Positions 49,895 to 58,645 of a stretch of DNA of 64,000 nt are shown piece by piece. Source of the DNA: Desulfatiglandales bacterium (GTDB lineage: Bacteria; Desulfobacterota; DSM-4660; Desulfatiglandales; HGW-15); the NCBI GenBank assembly GCA_963667015.2, contig CAXXJJ010000001.1, positions 960,001 to 1,024,000 on the forward strand, given 5' to 3'. The notes below the pieces were generated by a model, which ran no database searches, was not told the origin of the DNA, and saw only the letters and a program-made list of their open reading frames with translations. Position 1 is the stretch's first letter, and each line of letters begins with the position of its first letter. A program made the translations under genes and the position numbers.

Positions 49895-50893
49895 ATGCCA
49901 CGCCAAGCCAGAATAGATGCTCCTGGAGCCCTGCATCATATAATGGTGAGGGGGATTGAGCGTCGAAATATATTCAGGGATAATAAAGACAGAGATAACT
50001 TTGTTGAACGTCTTGGCACTATTATTAAAGAGACTTACACATCCTGTTATGCCTGGTCTTTACTTTCCAATCACATTCATCTTCTCCTGAAAACCGGTGA
50101 TTATCCAATAGCTACTGTTATGCGAAGACTTTTAACCGGTTATGCTGTTACCTTTAACCGTCGTTATAAGCGGCATGGACATCTATTCCAAAACAGATAT
50201 AAATCGATTCATTGCCAGGAAGATGTATACTTTATTGAACTTGTCCGATATATTCATCTCAATCCATTAAGGGCGGACCTTGTTAAAAATTATGAAAATC
50301 TAGCCAGGTATAAATATTGCGGTCATAGTGCTATTCTTGGAAATAAAATGAATGATTGGCAAGATATTGACTATGTGCTTGGATATTTTGGCAATAGAAT
50401 AAAAGCTGCTCAAAAACAATATAAGGAATATGTATATGAAGGAATAAAAAAAGGGTCTCGTCCTGAACTTGTTGGCGGAGGCCTTATCAGAAGCCTGGGA
50501 GGATGGTCTGAAGCACGAAAGCTTGAGAAAGGTGAAAGAGTTAAAGGGGATGAGCGTATTCTCGGCGACAGTCAATTTGTTTTGGATACTCTTCAGGGTA
50601 CTGAGGATAAGTTTGAGCGAAGATATGAATTGAAAACCCTAGGTTTTGATCTACAGGTTTTAGGAGAACGTGTTGGAGAGATTTTTAATATAGATCCTTC
50701 AGAATTGTATTCTTCCGGTAAATATAAAAGAATTATTAAGCCGAGAAGCGTGTTCTGTTTTTGGGCGGTTCGTGAACTGGGTGAAACTGCGACATCTCTG
50801 GCAAAGAGAATAGGCCTCACACAACCTGGGATAAGTAAATCGGTGTCAAGAGGAGAGAAGATAGTTAAAGATATGAATCTTAAGCTGGTTTGA
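49895..50893 (+). mobile_element. Y1 HUH transposase, RAYT-like; copy 2
   Basis: Same 999-nt length and motifs as 46873-47871 when started at ATG 49895. Confidence 0.88.
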
Positions 50894-50943
50894 TCTCTCA
50901 AGGGCTAATTCCCCGCCGCTTGTGGCATTTTAATACAGGAAGA

Positions 50944-51456
50944 TTATGCTTTTTCATACAGGGTTTTTGCCTGATGTACAGCTTTCAGAAATACTTCTTC
51001 TTTGAGATAAAAGCCTGACTTAACAATATCTTCGAGGACAATAAGGAAGCGATCAAAATCCAGTATCTTCCCTTTTACTGCATTCAGAAGCAGCCAAAGA
51101 GTACCTTTTGGCCTCAGGCCGGCTAACTCTGCTGCGATACGAGCCTTGGTGTCATCCACGAGAACCACTTTGATAGCCATTTCCCGAGCCAGTGAAATAA
51201 CTTCTACTTCTCCAGGATGTATGGATAACTCAATATCGCATATCTTTTTGACTTTTTTAACAACTATCCACCCATCTTTTACTGCTCCTTCAATGCGGAA
51301 AGCATCGTTTTCTCCTTTGTTTTTTCCATGAATAACAACTTCGCTGTATACAGCATCAGGGATAAAAATCGTTTCGAACATCTCATGGAGAAGAGATAGC
51401 TGGTCGGCCTTGGCCAGATAGATGAGAGGCGTAGCGTTCGATATAATATATTGCAT
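50944..51456 (-). CDS. DUF3368-type PIN-like protein
   Basis: ISNATPLIYL, IPDAVYSEV, GEVEVISLA, VDD, GTLWLL. Confidence 0.85.
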   Translation of the reverse strand: MQYIISNATPLIYLAKADQLSLLHEMFETIFIPDAVYSEVVIHGKNKGENDAFRIEGAVKDGWIVVKKVKKICDIELSIHPGEVEVISLAREMAIKVVLVDDTKARIAAELAGLRPKGTLWLLLNAVKGKILDFDRFLIVLEDIVKSGFYLKEEVFLKAVHQAKTLYEKA

Positions 51457-51767
51457 TAAGAATTCCTTAAATCCTTTTCAAGTTCCTTAATGCCATAGGA
51501 GGCATGAATATGTCTCTTTCTTACCTCATGCACCATTTCCCAAAGAGAAAGGTTACATTCTCCGGCAGCTTCCCACAATGTCGTTTTGCCATCCTGATAT
51601 TTTTCAAGGGCTTCACGTATGGTATGCTCATTCAATGAAAATAACAGAAATGACCGCAAAAGAGCTGACCGGTCCACACCTTTTCTTGAGGCCAGTTCAT
51701 CAATTTTCTTTGCATACTCATCATCTATACGGGTTGTTATGGTTGTTGACATTGTTTTATACCTCAT
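51456..51767 (-). CDS. UPF0175-type antitoxin with N-terminal RHH
   Basis: 'ITTRIDDE...GVDRSALLR', 'YQDGKTTLWEAA...LSLWEM'. Confidence 0.8.
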   Translation of the reverse strand: MRYKTMSTTITTRIDDEYAKKIDELASRKGVDRSALLRSFLLFSLNEHTIREALEKYQDGKTTLWEAAGECNLSLWEMVHEVRKRHIHASYGIKELEKDLRNS

Positions 51768-51961
51768 ATTAATTTATGTATACGATTGCATTTATTGTAT
51801 ACGATACATTCAAATTGTCACAAAGTCAAGAGAGGAAAAGTATTACCTGGATGCCGAGATTCGGGAACTGTTCAAGATGTATTAATGAGCGGAAGTATTA
51901 TCGGAAGTTTTTGTATGAAAAAGGGGGCATAGAGTGTATGGAAAAGGAGGCGATATAAAGA

Positions 51962-52320
51962 CAGAGATCGGATATCAGAGAGCAGATGTCAGTAAAGCAG
52001 GCTGAAGCGGTTTTCAGAGATGGTATAGCCACTAAGGCACGAAGACACGAAGAAAAACAAATTAGACAATTTTAAAAAAAGAAAAGCGTTCTGAATGCCA
52101 CTAAGGCACGAAGACACGAAAGGTAGAAAACTAGAAGCCAGAGAAAAAATAGGCTGAAGCGTTTTAGACTATAGGCTTTTAGGAAAAGCGAAGAAAAGCA
52201 CATTTGGACACCCCGGAGGAATATGCAATTGCATTCCACCCTGATGGAATTAAAAAAATCAAAGACATTCCATAAGGGCAGGCAGGGCAGGCAGATGAAC
52301 GCAGATTTGATGGATTTTAA
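51962..52320 (+). repeat. Stack of repeat left arms and nested modules
   Basis: cagagatcggatatcagagagcagatgtcag; gccactaaggcacgaagacacgaa x2; ggctgaag...ttagactatagg; ggacac[nested]gcagatgaacgcagatt. Confidence 0.8.
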
Positions 52321-52377
52321 AACTGAAAATAAAAGAGAAAAACGGGGATAGGTAGTAATACTTTAAAGTTTACCTTA

Positions 52378-52758
52378 TTAACGATTATTATCTAGCAGGG
52401 GTATTTTCCTGATCCTTATTGAATTTTCAGTAACGGTTACCATTGCACCATTTATTAAGGCATCATGTATTTTAGGAAAAATATTTATAAATAATTTTGC
52501 AAATTCAGGGCCGTTGAGACCTTCCTGTCTTACTCGTATTACTGAAGGAGAGGATGCATTTTCAGTTGCCAAAATTGTATGGAAATCGGAATCCAGAGTT
52601 ATAATCATTCTTTCTTCTATGCGGGCATATTCTAATATCTGTCGATCAGTTGCACGACATAGACCTACATCACCTGTATGTACTGTATCCCATCCATTTT
52701 CGTTTAATATTTTTACTGACGATCTGGGTAATCCCTGATCTAACAATATTTTAATCAA
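52378..52758 (-). CDS. DUF5615 PIN-like protein
   Basis: ILLDQGLP, ATDRQIL, ITLDSDF, PSVIR. Confidence 0.87.
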   Translation of the reverse strand: MIKILLDQGLPRSSVKILNENGWDTVHTGDVGLCRATDRQILEYARIEERMIITLDSDFHTILATENASSPSVIRVRQEGLNGPEFAKLFINIFPKIHDALINGAMVTVTENSIRIRKIPLLDNNR

Positions 52759-52988
52759 GCTGCCTCCAAAGGTATGACTTGATTATCCAGATTTATTGCG
52801 GCAAATGCCAATGCCTGCCTGATATCCTCTTGTTCCAATTCAGGATATTCAGAATGTAATTCATCCCAATCCGGATAAAGAGACAATGACTCCAAGACTC
52901 TGCGAACGGTTAAACGCATTCCCCTTATACACGGTTGCCCGTTCATAATCTCAGGATTTATGGTAATTCTCTCCAGTTTTTCTTTCAT
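52755..52988 (-). CDS. DUF433 protein (antitoxin)
   Basis: RITINPEIMNGQPCIRGMRLTV, YPELEQEDI. Confidence 0.9.
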   Translation of the reverse strand: MKEKLERITINPEIMNGQPCIRGMRLTVRRVLESLSLYPDWDELHSEYPELEQEDIRQALAFAAINLDNQVIPLEAA

Positions 52989-53112
52989 ATGGTTTGTCTC
53001 CCCTGTAGGTTTAAATAACGAATGACCTTTTTATAACCAGAAAATAAACAATAACTAATTGTGATCAATATGACAAGCCGGATTTAACACATAAGGAAAA
53101 TGGGATTAGCTT

Positions 53113-53292
53113 ATGCCCAGGATTGCTAGAATAGTTGTAAAGGGTGAATCCGCTGTTTATCATGTCATGTCCAGGACTGCCCTGGAGGGTTTTGTGCTGG
53201 GGGATATTGAAAAGGCATATCTAATTGAATTAATTAAAAAAACAGTAGCGTCTATTGTAATCTCGGGTGGACGTCCTTACATATTAAAATAA
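53113..53292 (+). pseudogene. 5' fragment of a different RAYT-like transposase
   Basis: MPRIARIVVKGESAVYHVMSRTALEGFVLGDIEKAYL, then homology is lost and a stop follows. Confidence 0.7.
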
Positions 53293-53351
53293 CTCAATAA
53301 ATGCTGTGAAATTAAGGCTGTAGAAGATGTTAATCTTTTACAGCTTTTTTT

Positions 53352-53547
53352 AGCCACTAAGGCACGAAGACACAAAGAGTTTAAAGCTAGAAGTCAGAGA
53401 AAAAATAGGCTGAAGCGTTTCACCCTGTTAAATGCTGCTTCGCAGCCCGCTTTGCGGATTTAACAGGGTAAAGACTATAGGCTTTTAGGAAAAGCGAAGA
53501 AAGCAATTTGGACTTGCCTTCGCTTTAATGAGCTTCGGCAAGGCAGG
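53352..53547 (+). repeat. Repeat stack (duplicate of 52096-52210 with inserted modules)
   Basis: gccactaaggcacgaagacac; 48-nt module at 53422-53469; cttgcc...ggcagg module at 53513-53547. Confidence 0.82.
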
Positions 53548-53599
53548 CTTTGTATGATGTTTTTTTATTTTAATTCAGTGTGACAGTGTGTGTCTATGG

Positions 53600-54004
53600 C
53601 TACTTAAGTATTTCCAGTTTAAGTCCTTCAATTCTGTTGAATTGTCTTGTATTAAAAGTGGCTATAGAAAAATCATTAGCCAGTGCTGTGGCGCCGATAA
53701 TCAGGTCGTGTGCTCCAATTTTAATTCCTTTGTTAAGTAAATTGGCCCATAGTTTTGAATATACTCTTGATATTTCCAGGTCAAACGGAAAAATATAAAA
53801 TGTTTCAATTATTTTTTCGACAAATTCTGATCTTTTAGACCGGCGGGATTCAGTATCTGCCCGGTGAACACCATGAAGCAGTTCAGCAACCGATACAGTG
53901 CTGAGACCAAAATTATCATTCTCCCGACCTGATATAAAAGCATTTAAATCAAGTCTACCTTTTTCATACTCAATTAGAATGCTAGTATCCAGGATTATGC
54001 CCAA
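53600..54004 (-). CDS. vapC: VapC PIN toxin
   Basis: ILDTSILI, VAELLHG, AHDLIIGATAL, TFNTRQF. Confidence 0.9.
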   Translation of the reverse strand: MGIILDTSILIEYEKGRLDLNAFISGRENDNFGLSTVSVAELLHGVHRADTESRRSKRSEFVEKIIETFYIFPFDLEISRVYSKLWANLLNKGIKIGAHDLIIGATALANDFSIATFNTRQFNRIEGLKLEILK

Positions 54005-54276
54005 TTTACTTCTTCCGGCATTTCTGGTTGTTCATCATTTAATGATTTTAAATCTCTGGAAAATGAATCAAGTTCATCTCCAAGGTTCGGCAGCTGTTCA
54101 AGTAATGTTTTTAAATCCTTAAGAGAGGTTATCTGTTTTTCATCCTGAACCGGTAATATGCGGGCTACCGGTTTGCCGCTTCTTTTTATTATATAATGCT
54201 CGCCTCCAAACTTTATTTTGTTCAGTATGGTTGAGAAATCTCTAACAACCTCTGTTGCTGATATGACTTTTTCCAT
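53995..54276 (-). CDS. Phd/YefM antitoxin
   Basis: ISATEVVRDFSTILN...IKRSGKPVARILP. Confidence 0.87.
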   Translation of the reverse strand: MEKVISATEVVRDFSTILNKIKFGGEHYIIKRSGKPVARILPVQDEKQITSLKDLKTLLEQLPNLGDELDSFSRDLKSLNDEQPEMPEEVNWA

Positions 54277-54371
54277 AATATTTACCTTTTATTTTACGTA
54301 AATTATATATAATACATATTTTGTGTAATTATTACATATTGTCAAGAAAAATGAAAAGCTGTAAACCTGAA

Positions 54372-54752
54372 ACGCCAGGACACTAAGGACGCAAAGGTCT
54401 CAGTACTGAAACTTAAAATCAGTGAAAATATAGCCACTAAGGCATCACGTCTCTAAGAAAAGCAATTTGGACAGGATTAACCATGTAGAAATATTCTTCG
54501 AATTTCACATGGTAGGCAGGATATATATGATTTTTTTTATCACATTCCGGACGAAAGTGATAAATATCACGTTTTAAAACTCTATAGTCCTGAAGGGCGA
54601 TTAAAAGGGGACAGGCAAATAATACTTTATTTCATACAGCAGTCGTAATGTTGGATGCCACAAAGACATCCGCCTTCGCTAAATACAAATGCTTCAGTCT
54701 TCGCTAAAGATACACCCCGACATGATGGAGGAACAGCCAAAGTCACTAAGAA
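54372..54752 (+). repeat. Repeat stack (partial duplicate of 44960-45150) with nested modules
   Basis: gccactaaggcatcacgtctctaagaaaagcaatttggacaggattaa...cacattccggacgaaagtga; gccacaaagaca[ccgccttcgctaaa...]. Confidence 0.8.
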
Positions 54753-54773
54753 AAAACATTTTTTTAATTTTCT

Positions 54774-55019
54774 ATGATGGAAACAATTGGAAGCCTTATC
54801 GAAATATATGAAACACAGCATGTTAATGAGGTAGACGGAAGCCCTCTTTATGCTCTGAACGCTTTAATGTTAGATCATGACTTGAAGCAATCTGATCTCT
54901 CTGAAATCGGTAGCCAGGGAGTTGTATCAGAAATATTATCCGGTAAACGGCAGTTAAATATCCGTCAAATAAAAATGTTAAGTAATCGCTTTAAGGTATC
55001 TCCGGCTGTTTTTATTTGA
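54774..55019 (+). pseudogene. higA: HigA-type HTH antitoxin, N-terminally truncated
   Basis: 'LIEIYE...LKQSDLSEIGSQGVVSEILSGKRQLNIRQIKMLSNRFKVSPAVF'; no HigB upstream. Confidence 0.7.
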
Positions 55020-55055
55020 TAAGAAGGCGGAAATCGGAGATCAGAAGGTCGTATG

Positions 55056-55466
55056 TCAAGGTTCTATCCTGTTAATATTGAATTTATCAAAATCACGGTC
55101 ATAACTGTACAGGATATTCTGTTTATCTCCATCCATACATGAAATGAGATAACAATCTACAATTTCCAGATTTGTTGTTTTCCATAGGTCAAGTGTGCAC
55201 AGTACTATTTTCTTTTCTTTTATCCTGATCCCTTTATATCTTAAAAGCTTTAACAACCCCTCAACGATTTTTTCTTTGGGTATCTGATAAAAACTTTTGA
55301 GTACAAAAATCACCTGAAATAAAACAATCAGCTTCAATTCAACGTTAATCTCACCTTTTTCTATCGAGTTGAAAAACGAATACAGGTTTTGATATTTAAT
55401 ATTATTGTCGGCCATAAGAAATCGTAAAATCACATTGGTATCAATTAAAGATATCATTTTCCCCAA
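55056..55466 (-). CDS. PIN-domain toxin
   Basis: LIDTNVILRFL, IVDCYL, YSYDRDF. Confidence 0.87.
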   Translation of the reverse strand: MGKMISLIDTNVILRFLMADNNIKYQNLYSFFNSIEKGEINVELKLIVLFQVIFVLKSFYQIPKEKIVEGLLKLLRYKGIRIKEKKIVLCTLDLWKTTNLEIVDCYLISCMDGDKQNILYSYDRDFDKFNINRIEP

Positions 55467-55753
55467 CCCTCAGTGAAACCTTTTTCAGTTGCATTCAATA
55501 TTTCTTCTTTGTTTACCTTTTTACTTTCCTGGGCATAATTTTTAAAAATACCAAACAGATCATCTGTAAGTGATTTCTGCTTTTTTATTTTTGTCACAGG
55601 TTTCAGTAAAATGCCGTTTTCAGTGGGTAATACCTCAATATTATCCCCTATATCAATATTGTATTTTTTTCTAAGTATTACAGGGATAACAACCTGACCT
55701 TTCGGAAAAACCTTCATTTCTATTTTTTCGGTTGATTTTGATATTGAAGTCAT
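55454..55753 (-). CDS. AbrB/MazE-type antitoxin
   Basis: KGQVVIPVILRKKYNIDIGD. Confidence 0.88.
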   Translation of the reverse strand: MTSISKSTEKIEMKVFPKGQVVIPVILRKKYNIDIGDNIEVLPTENGILLKPVTKIKKQKSLTDDLFGIFKNYAQESKKVNKEEILNATEKGFTEGWGK

Positions 55754-56685
55754 TATTTATCTCCCCAGTTTATGGTTATACTCAATAAATTAATATAGTA
55801 TAACGGTTGTGTCAAGCTATACTCCCAGGTGGTGCTTTAATGAACAGGTTAAAGATGAGTATTTGGAAGACATTCACCTTTGTCCCGAGATTACTGAGGA
55901 CAGGGGAATCAGGAAAACTGTAATTCAGAGATCCGAGGCCACTAAGTCACTAAGGCACAAAGTGGAGGAAAGTGAAGCCAGAAATCAGAGGTCTGTGTGA
56001 AATGCAGGCTGCTGTCGTCGCTAAGACTTCGCCGTGCCAGGGTAGGTTATTAGTGAAAGCAAGAAAAAGCAAGATAGCAGATGGCTGACAATGCCTGTAC
56101 GTAAAATACTACAGGTTTTTTTATGCTTTTTTTTGTTTCTGAAGAGCTCAATATCTTATCTAAATCAAATTCAATAAAAATTATGTTTAGACTTTTTTAA
56201 AATAAAATAAGTATTTAATTGATATCATTCGGAAAGTCAGGATGATCAGGATATATAGATTTTTGTGCCAGGCAATTCTGATGTTGCCCTTAAAATTTAA
56301 TCGAAATATTTATTTTTCAATGAGAGCTAAGAATCGTTGAAATATTGACAGGTTATCACGATAATGTATGTTTTTACCTTCATTATGCCAATATGTTGTA
56401 TGTTTTTTTCTTTTTTATGAAAATCTAACTTGAAATAGGTTTATGCTTATGCTAACAATCTCTAACTAAATGCACGTCTTATAAGAGGGACAACAAAAAA
56501 ACTATTTAACTGTTGAAGAGATATCTTTTTGCAATGGATTTACTCCTCACTGCTCAAAATCCTGTGGATTATAATGAATCCCTGTTAAAACGGAATTCTA
56601 TCGGCTGTTTTCACTGCACACCTTTTTACGATATTTCTATAAACTATATCCATAATGGATTTTTTAATAAAAATATCCGGCGGTA

Positions 56686-56701
56686 TGGTTTGAAATTTGC
56701 A
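56686..56701 (+). promoter_or_regulatory. Putative sigma-54 promoter
   Basis: tGGtttgaaatttGCa, GG-N10-GC. Confidence 0.45.
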
Positions 56702-56841
56702 TTGATAGGTCTGTGATCAACTGAATATAGACATTAATTCACATTCGGGCAGATCGATTTGTATATCGTGAAGCGTTTAATCCAGAATTTCATTTTTGAA
56801 TATGTTCATATAGAAAAGCTAAAAGTCAGGGAAGACGGTAG

Positions 56842-58416
56842 ATGAACATTGTTAAAATCAGTGCTGCAGAAACAAGAACCAAAGTGTTAATAACAATGCT
56901 ATTGGCATTCGGTTTTATTTTTTTTGGCTTCAATTCAATTTCTCTCGCAAAGGATGTTACTCTTCAATGGGATGCGAATTCTGAACCTGACCTGGCAGGC
57001 TACAGGGTTTATTATAAAGCAAATTCTTCAGGCCAGCCATCAGGTGATTATGATACTGTTGTTGATGCGGGAAATACGACATCAAAGACAATAGAGGGCC
57101 TGGAAGATGATATTGTTTATTATTTTGCAGTAACCGCATATGATACATCCGGTCTTGAAAGTGATTTTTCCAATGAAATTACGACTGCTCCAGTAGTTAC
57201 CTTACCCGATGAGGGAAGCTCCCCAAATCTAATGACAGCAGGAACCGAACCGGACAGTATTGTACTGTATGCCCAGGGCGGATATTTTCCAGATAGTTAT
57301 TACTGGGCGCTTGCCTCGAATAGTGTAGGTTCACTAAGCGCAAATGGACGGACTGCGATTTTTGCATCACCGGAAAATATCCCTGGAGAAATCGCTACCG
57401 CCACTGTAGAATTAAGGAATGGTGGTGTGGTAGTGGGGCAACAGTTAATAACAATCTATAATCCCGTTGCAATAACCAATAAAATAGATTCAGATCAGAC
57501 AGTATTTGCGGGGGAGCCGATTACGTTTTCTGTTCAGGGTGGGGATGGAACCTATACATGGACGATAACAAAAGATGGAGGACTGGTTGGTCTGTATTCC
57601 GGGGAAAGTTGTCCATTCAATGCAACTGCTGGGATATACACTATAACTGTCTCTGATGGGAATAATTTTATCGATTCGTTCAGTGTGAATGTTATTGATA
57701 ATACATCTTCATCTTCCAACACTGGTAACGAAGATGAAGATACTTCAACTGCATCATCTACAGGCACTGTTTCAGGCTACATCGTAGATGATGAGGAGGG
57801 TAGAGGGATAGAGAACGCAGAGGTGAATCTCTGGTTTCAAAATCAACTTTGCGGAAGCACTGTCACAACAAGTGATGGTTTCTTTTCTTTTGAGAATGTC
57901 CCTGATGCTGATAACTTAAATTATTCAGAAGTATCCAGTACCTTATTATATGAGATTATAACTGATCATGATTATCCGGTAATCATAACGCTTTCCTTTG
58001 ACTTATCATTAATCGATCCTGGTGATTTTGAGGCCGGTAAAGCTGTAATTTACCGGGCAGATACAATAGATGATTTTACCTCCGGCGTAAACCTTGAGAC
58101 AGTCAATGTCGATGATATAATCAGTTCCGATTATGAAGGAGATGGTTCAACCGGACTGATTGAGTTTTACGCAGATTCACCGTCAATATTTGGTATTGGT
58201 TTTTCCGACGAATCTTCAATTTCAGTAGGCAGTATATCCACTCAAACTCCTTCAGATAGTGGTGGAGGTGGCGGAGGCGGTTGCTTTATTTCTACTTTAG
58301 CAGATACATCTGGTGATACTTCCGGGTTCCAAAGAGTACTTATTCTGTTTGGGGTTGTTGTGTTACTTGGGTTATTGGGTTGGAAGTTCAAAAATGAAAG
58401 TATGAAAAAAGCATAG
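56842..58416 (+). CDS. Secreted FN3/Ig-like surface protein with GGG-CFI C-terminal sorting signal
   Basis: Signal peptide; FN3 'VTLQWDANSEPDLAGYRVYY...YYFAVTAYD'; tail SGGGGGGGCFISTL + TM + basic residues. Confidence 0.82.
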   Translation: MNIVKISAAETRTKVLITMLLAFGFIFFGFNSISLAKDVTLQWDANSEPDLAGYRVYYKANSSGQPSGDYDTVVDAGNTTSKTIEGLEDDIVYYFAVTAYDTSGLESDFSNEITTAPVVTLPDEGSSPNLMTAGTEPDSIVLYAQGGYFPDSYYWALASNSVGSLSANGRTAIFASPENIPGEIATATVELRNGGVVVGQQLITIYNPVAITNKIDSDQTVFAGEPITFSVQGGDGTYTWTITKDGGLVGLYSGESCPFNATAGIYTITVSDGNNFIDSFSVNVIDNTSSSSNTGNEDEDTSTASSTGTVSGYIVDDEEGRGIENAEVNLWFQNQLCGSTVTTSDGFFSFENVPDADNLNYSEVSSTLLYEIITDHDYPVIITLSFDLSLIDPGDFEAGKAVIYRADTIDDFTSGVNLETVNVDDIISSDYEGDGSTGLIEFYADSPSIFGIGFSDESSISVGSISTQTPSDSGGGGGGGCFISTLADTSGDTSGFQRVLILFGVVVLLGLLGWKFKNESMKKA

Positions 58417-58645
58417 TGCCAAGCGCATAGAGCATAGGGAAGAAAATAGCGAAGGCAGAAGTCAGTTGAAAAAAGGCTAATCTTGCCACTAAGGCACCAA
58501 GTCACAAAGAAAAACAATAAAACCTTCAAAAAAATAAAAAAACGTTGTTCGACAGGCCTGCCCTGGCGTGACAAAGTGTCTTGTTCTGTTTGGATAATCT
58601 TATTGGAGGATACAGAAATGAGCTCCCAATTAAATATACCACGTC

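Noticed and set aside
50903..50926. REP-like ccccgccgcttgtggc after RAYT copy 2
   Set aside because: Only half of the palindrome and a single copy; too weak to call.
44621..56040. Classical integron
   Set aside because: No tyrosine integrase and no recognisable RYYYAAC...GTTRRRY attC sites after the genes.
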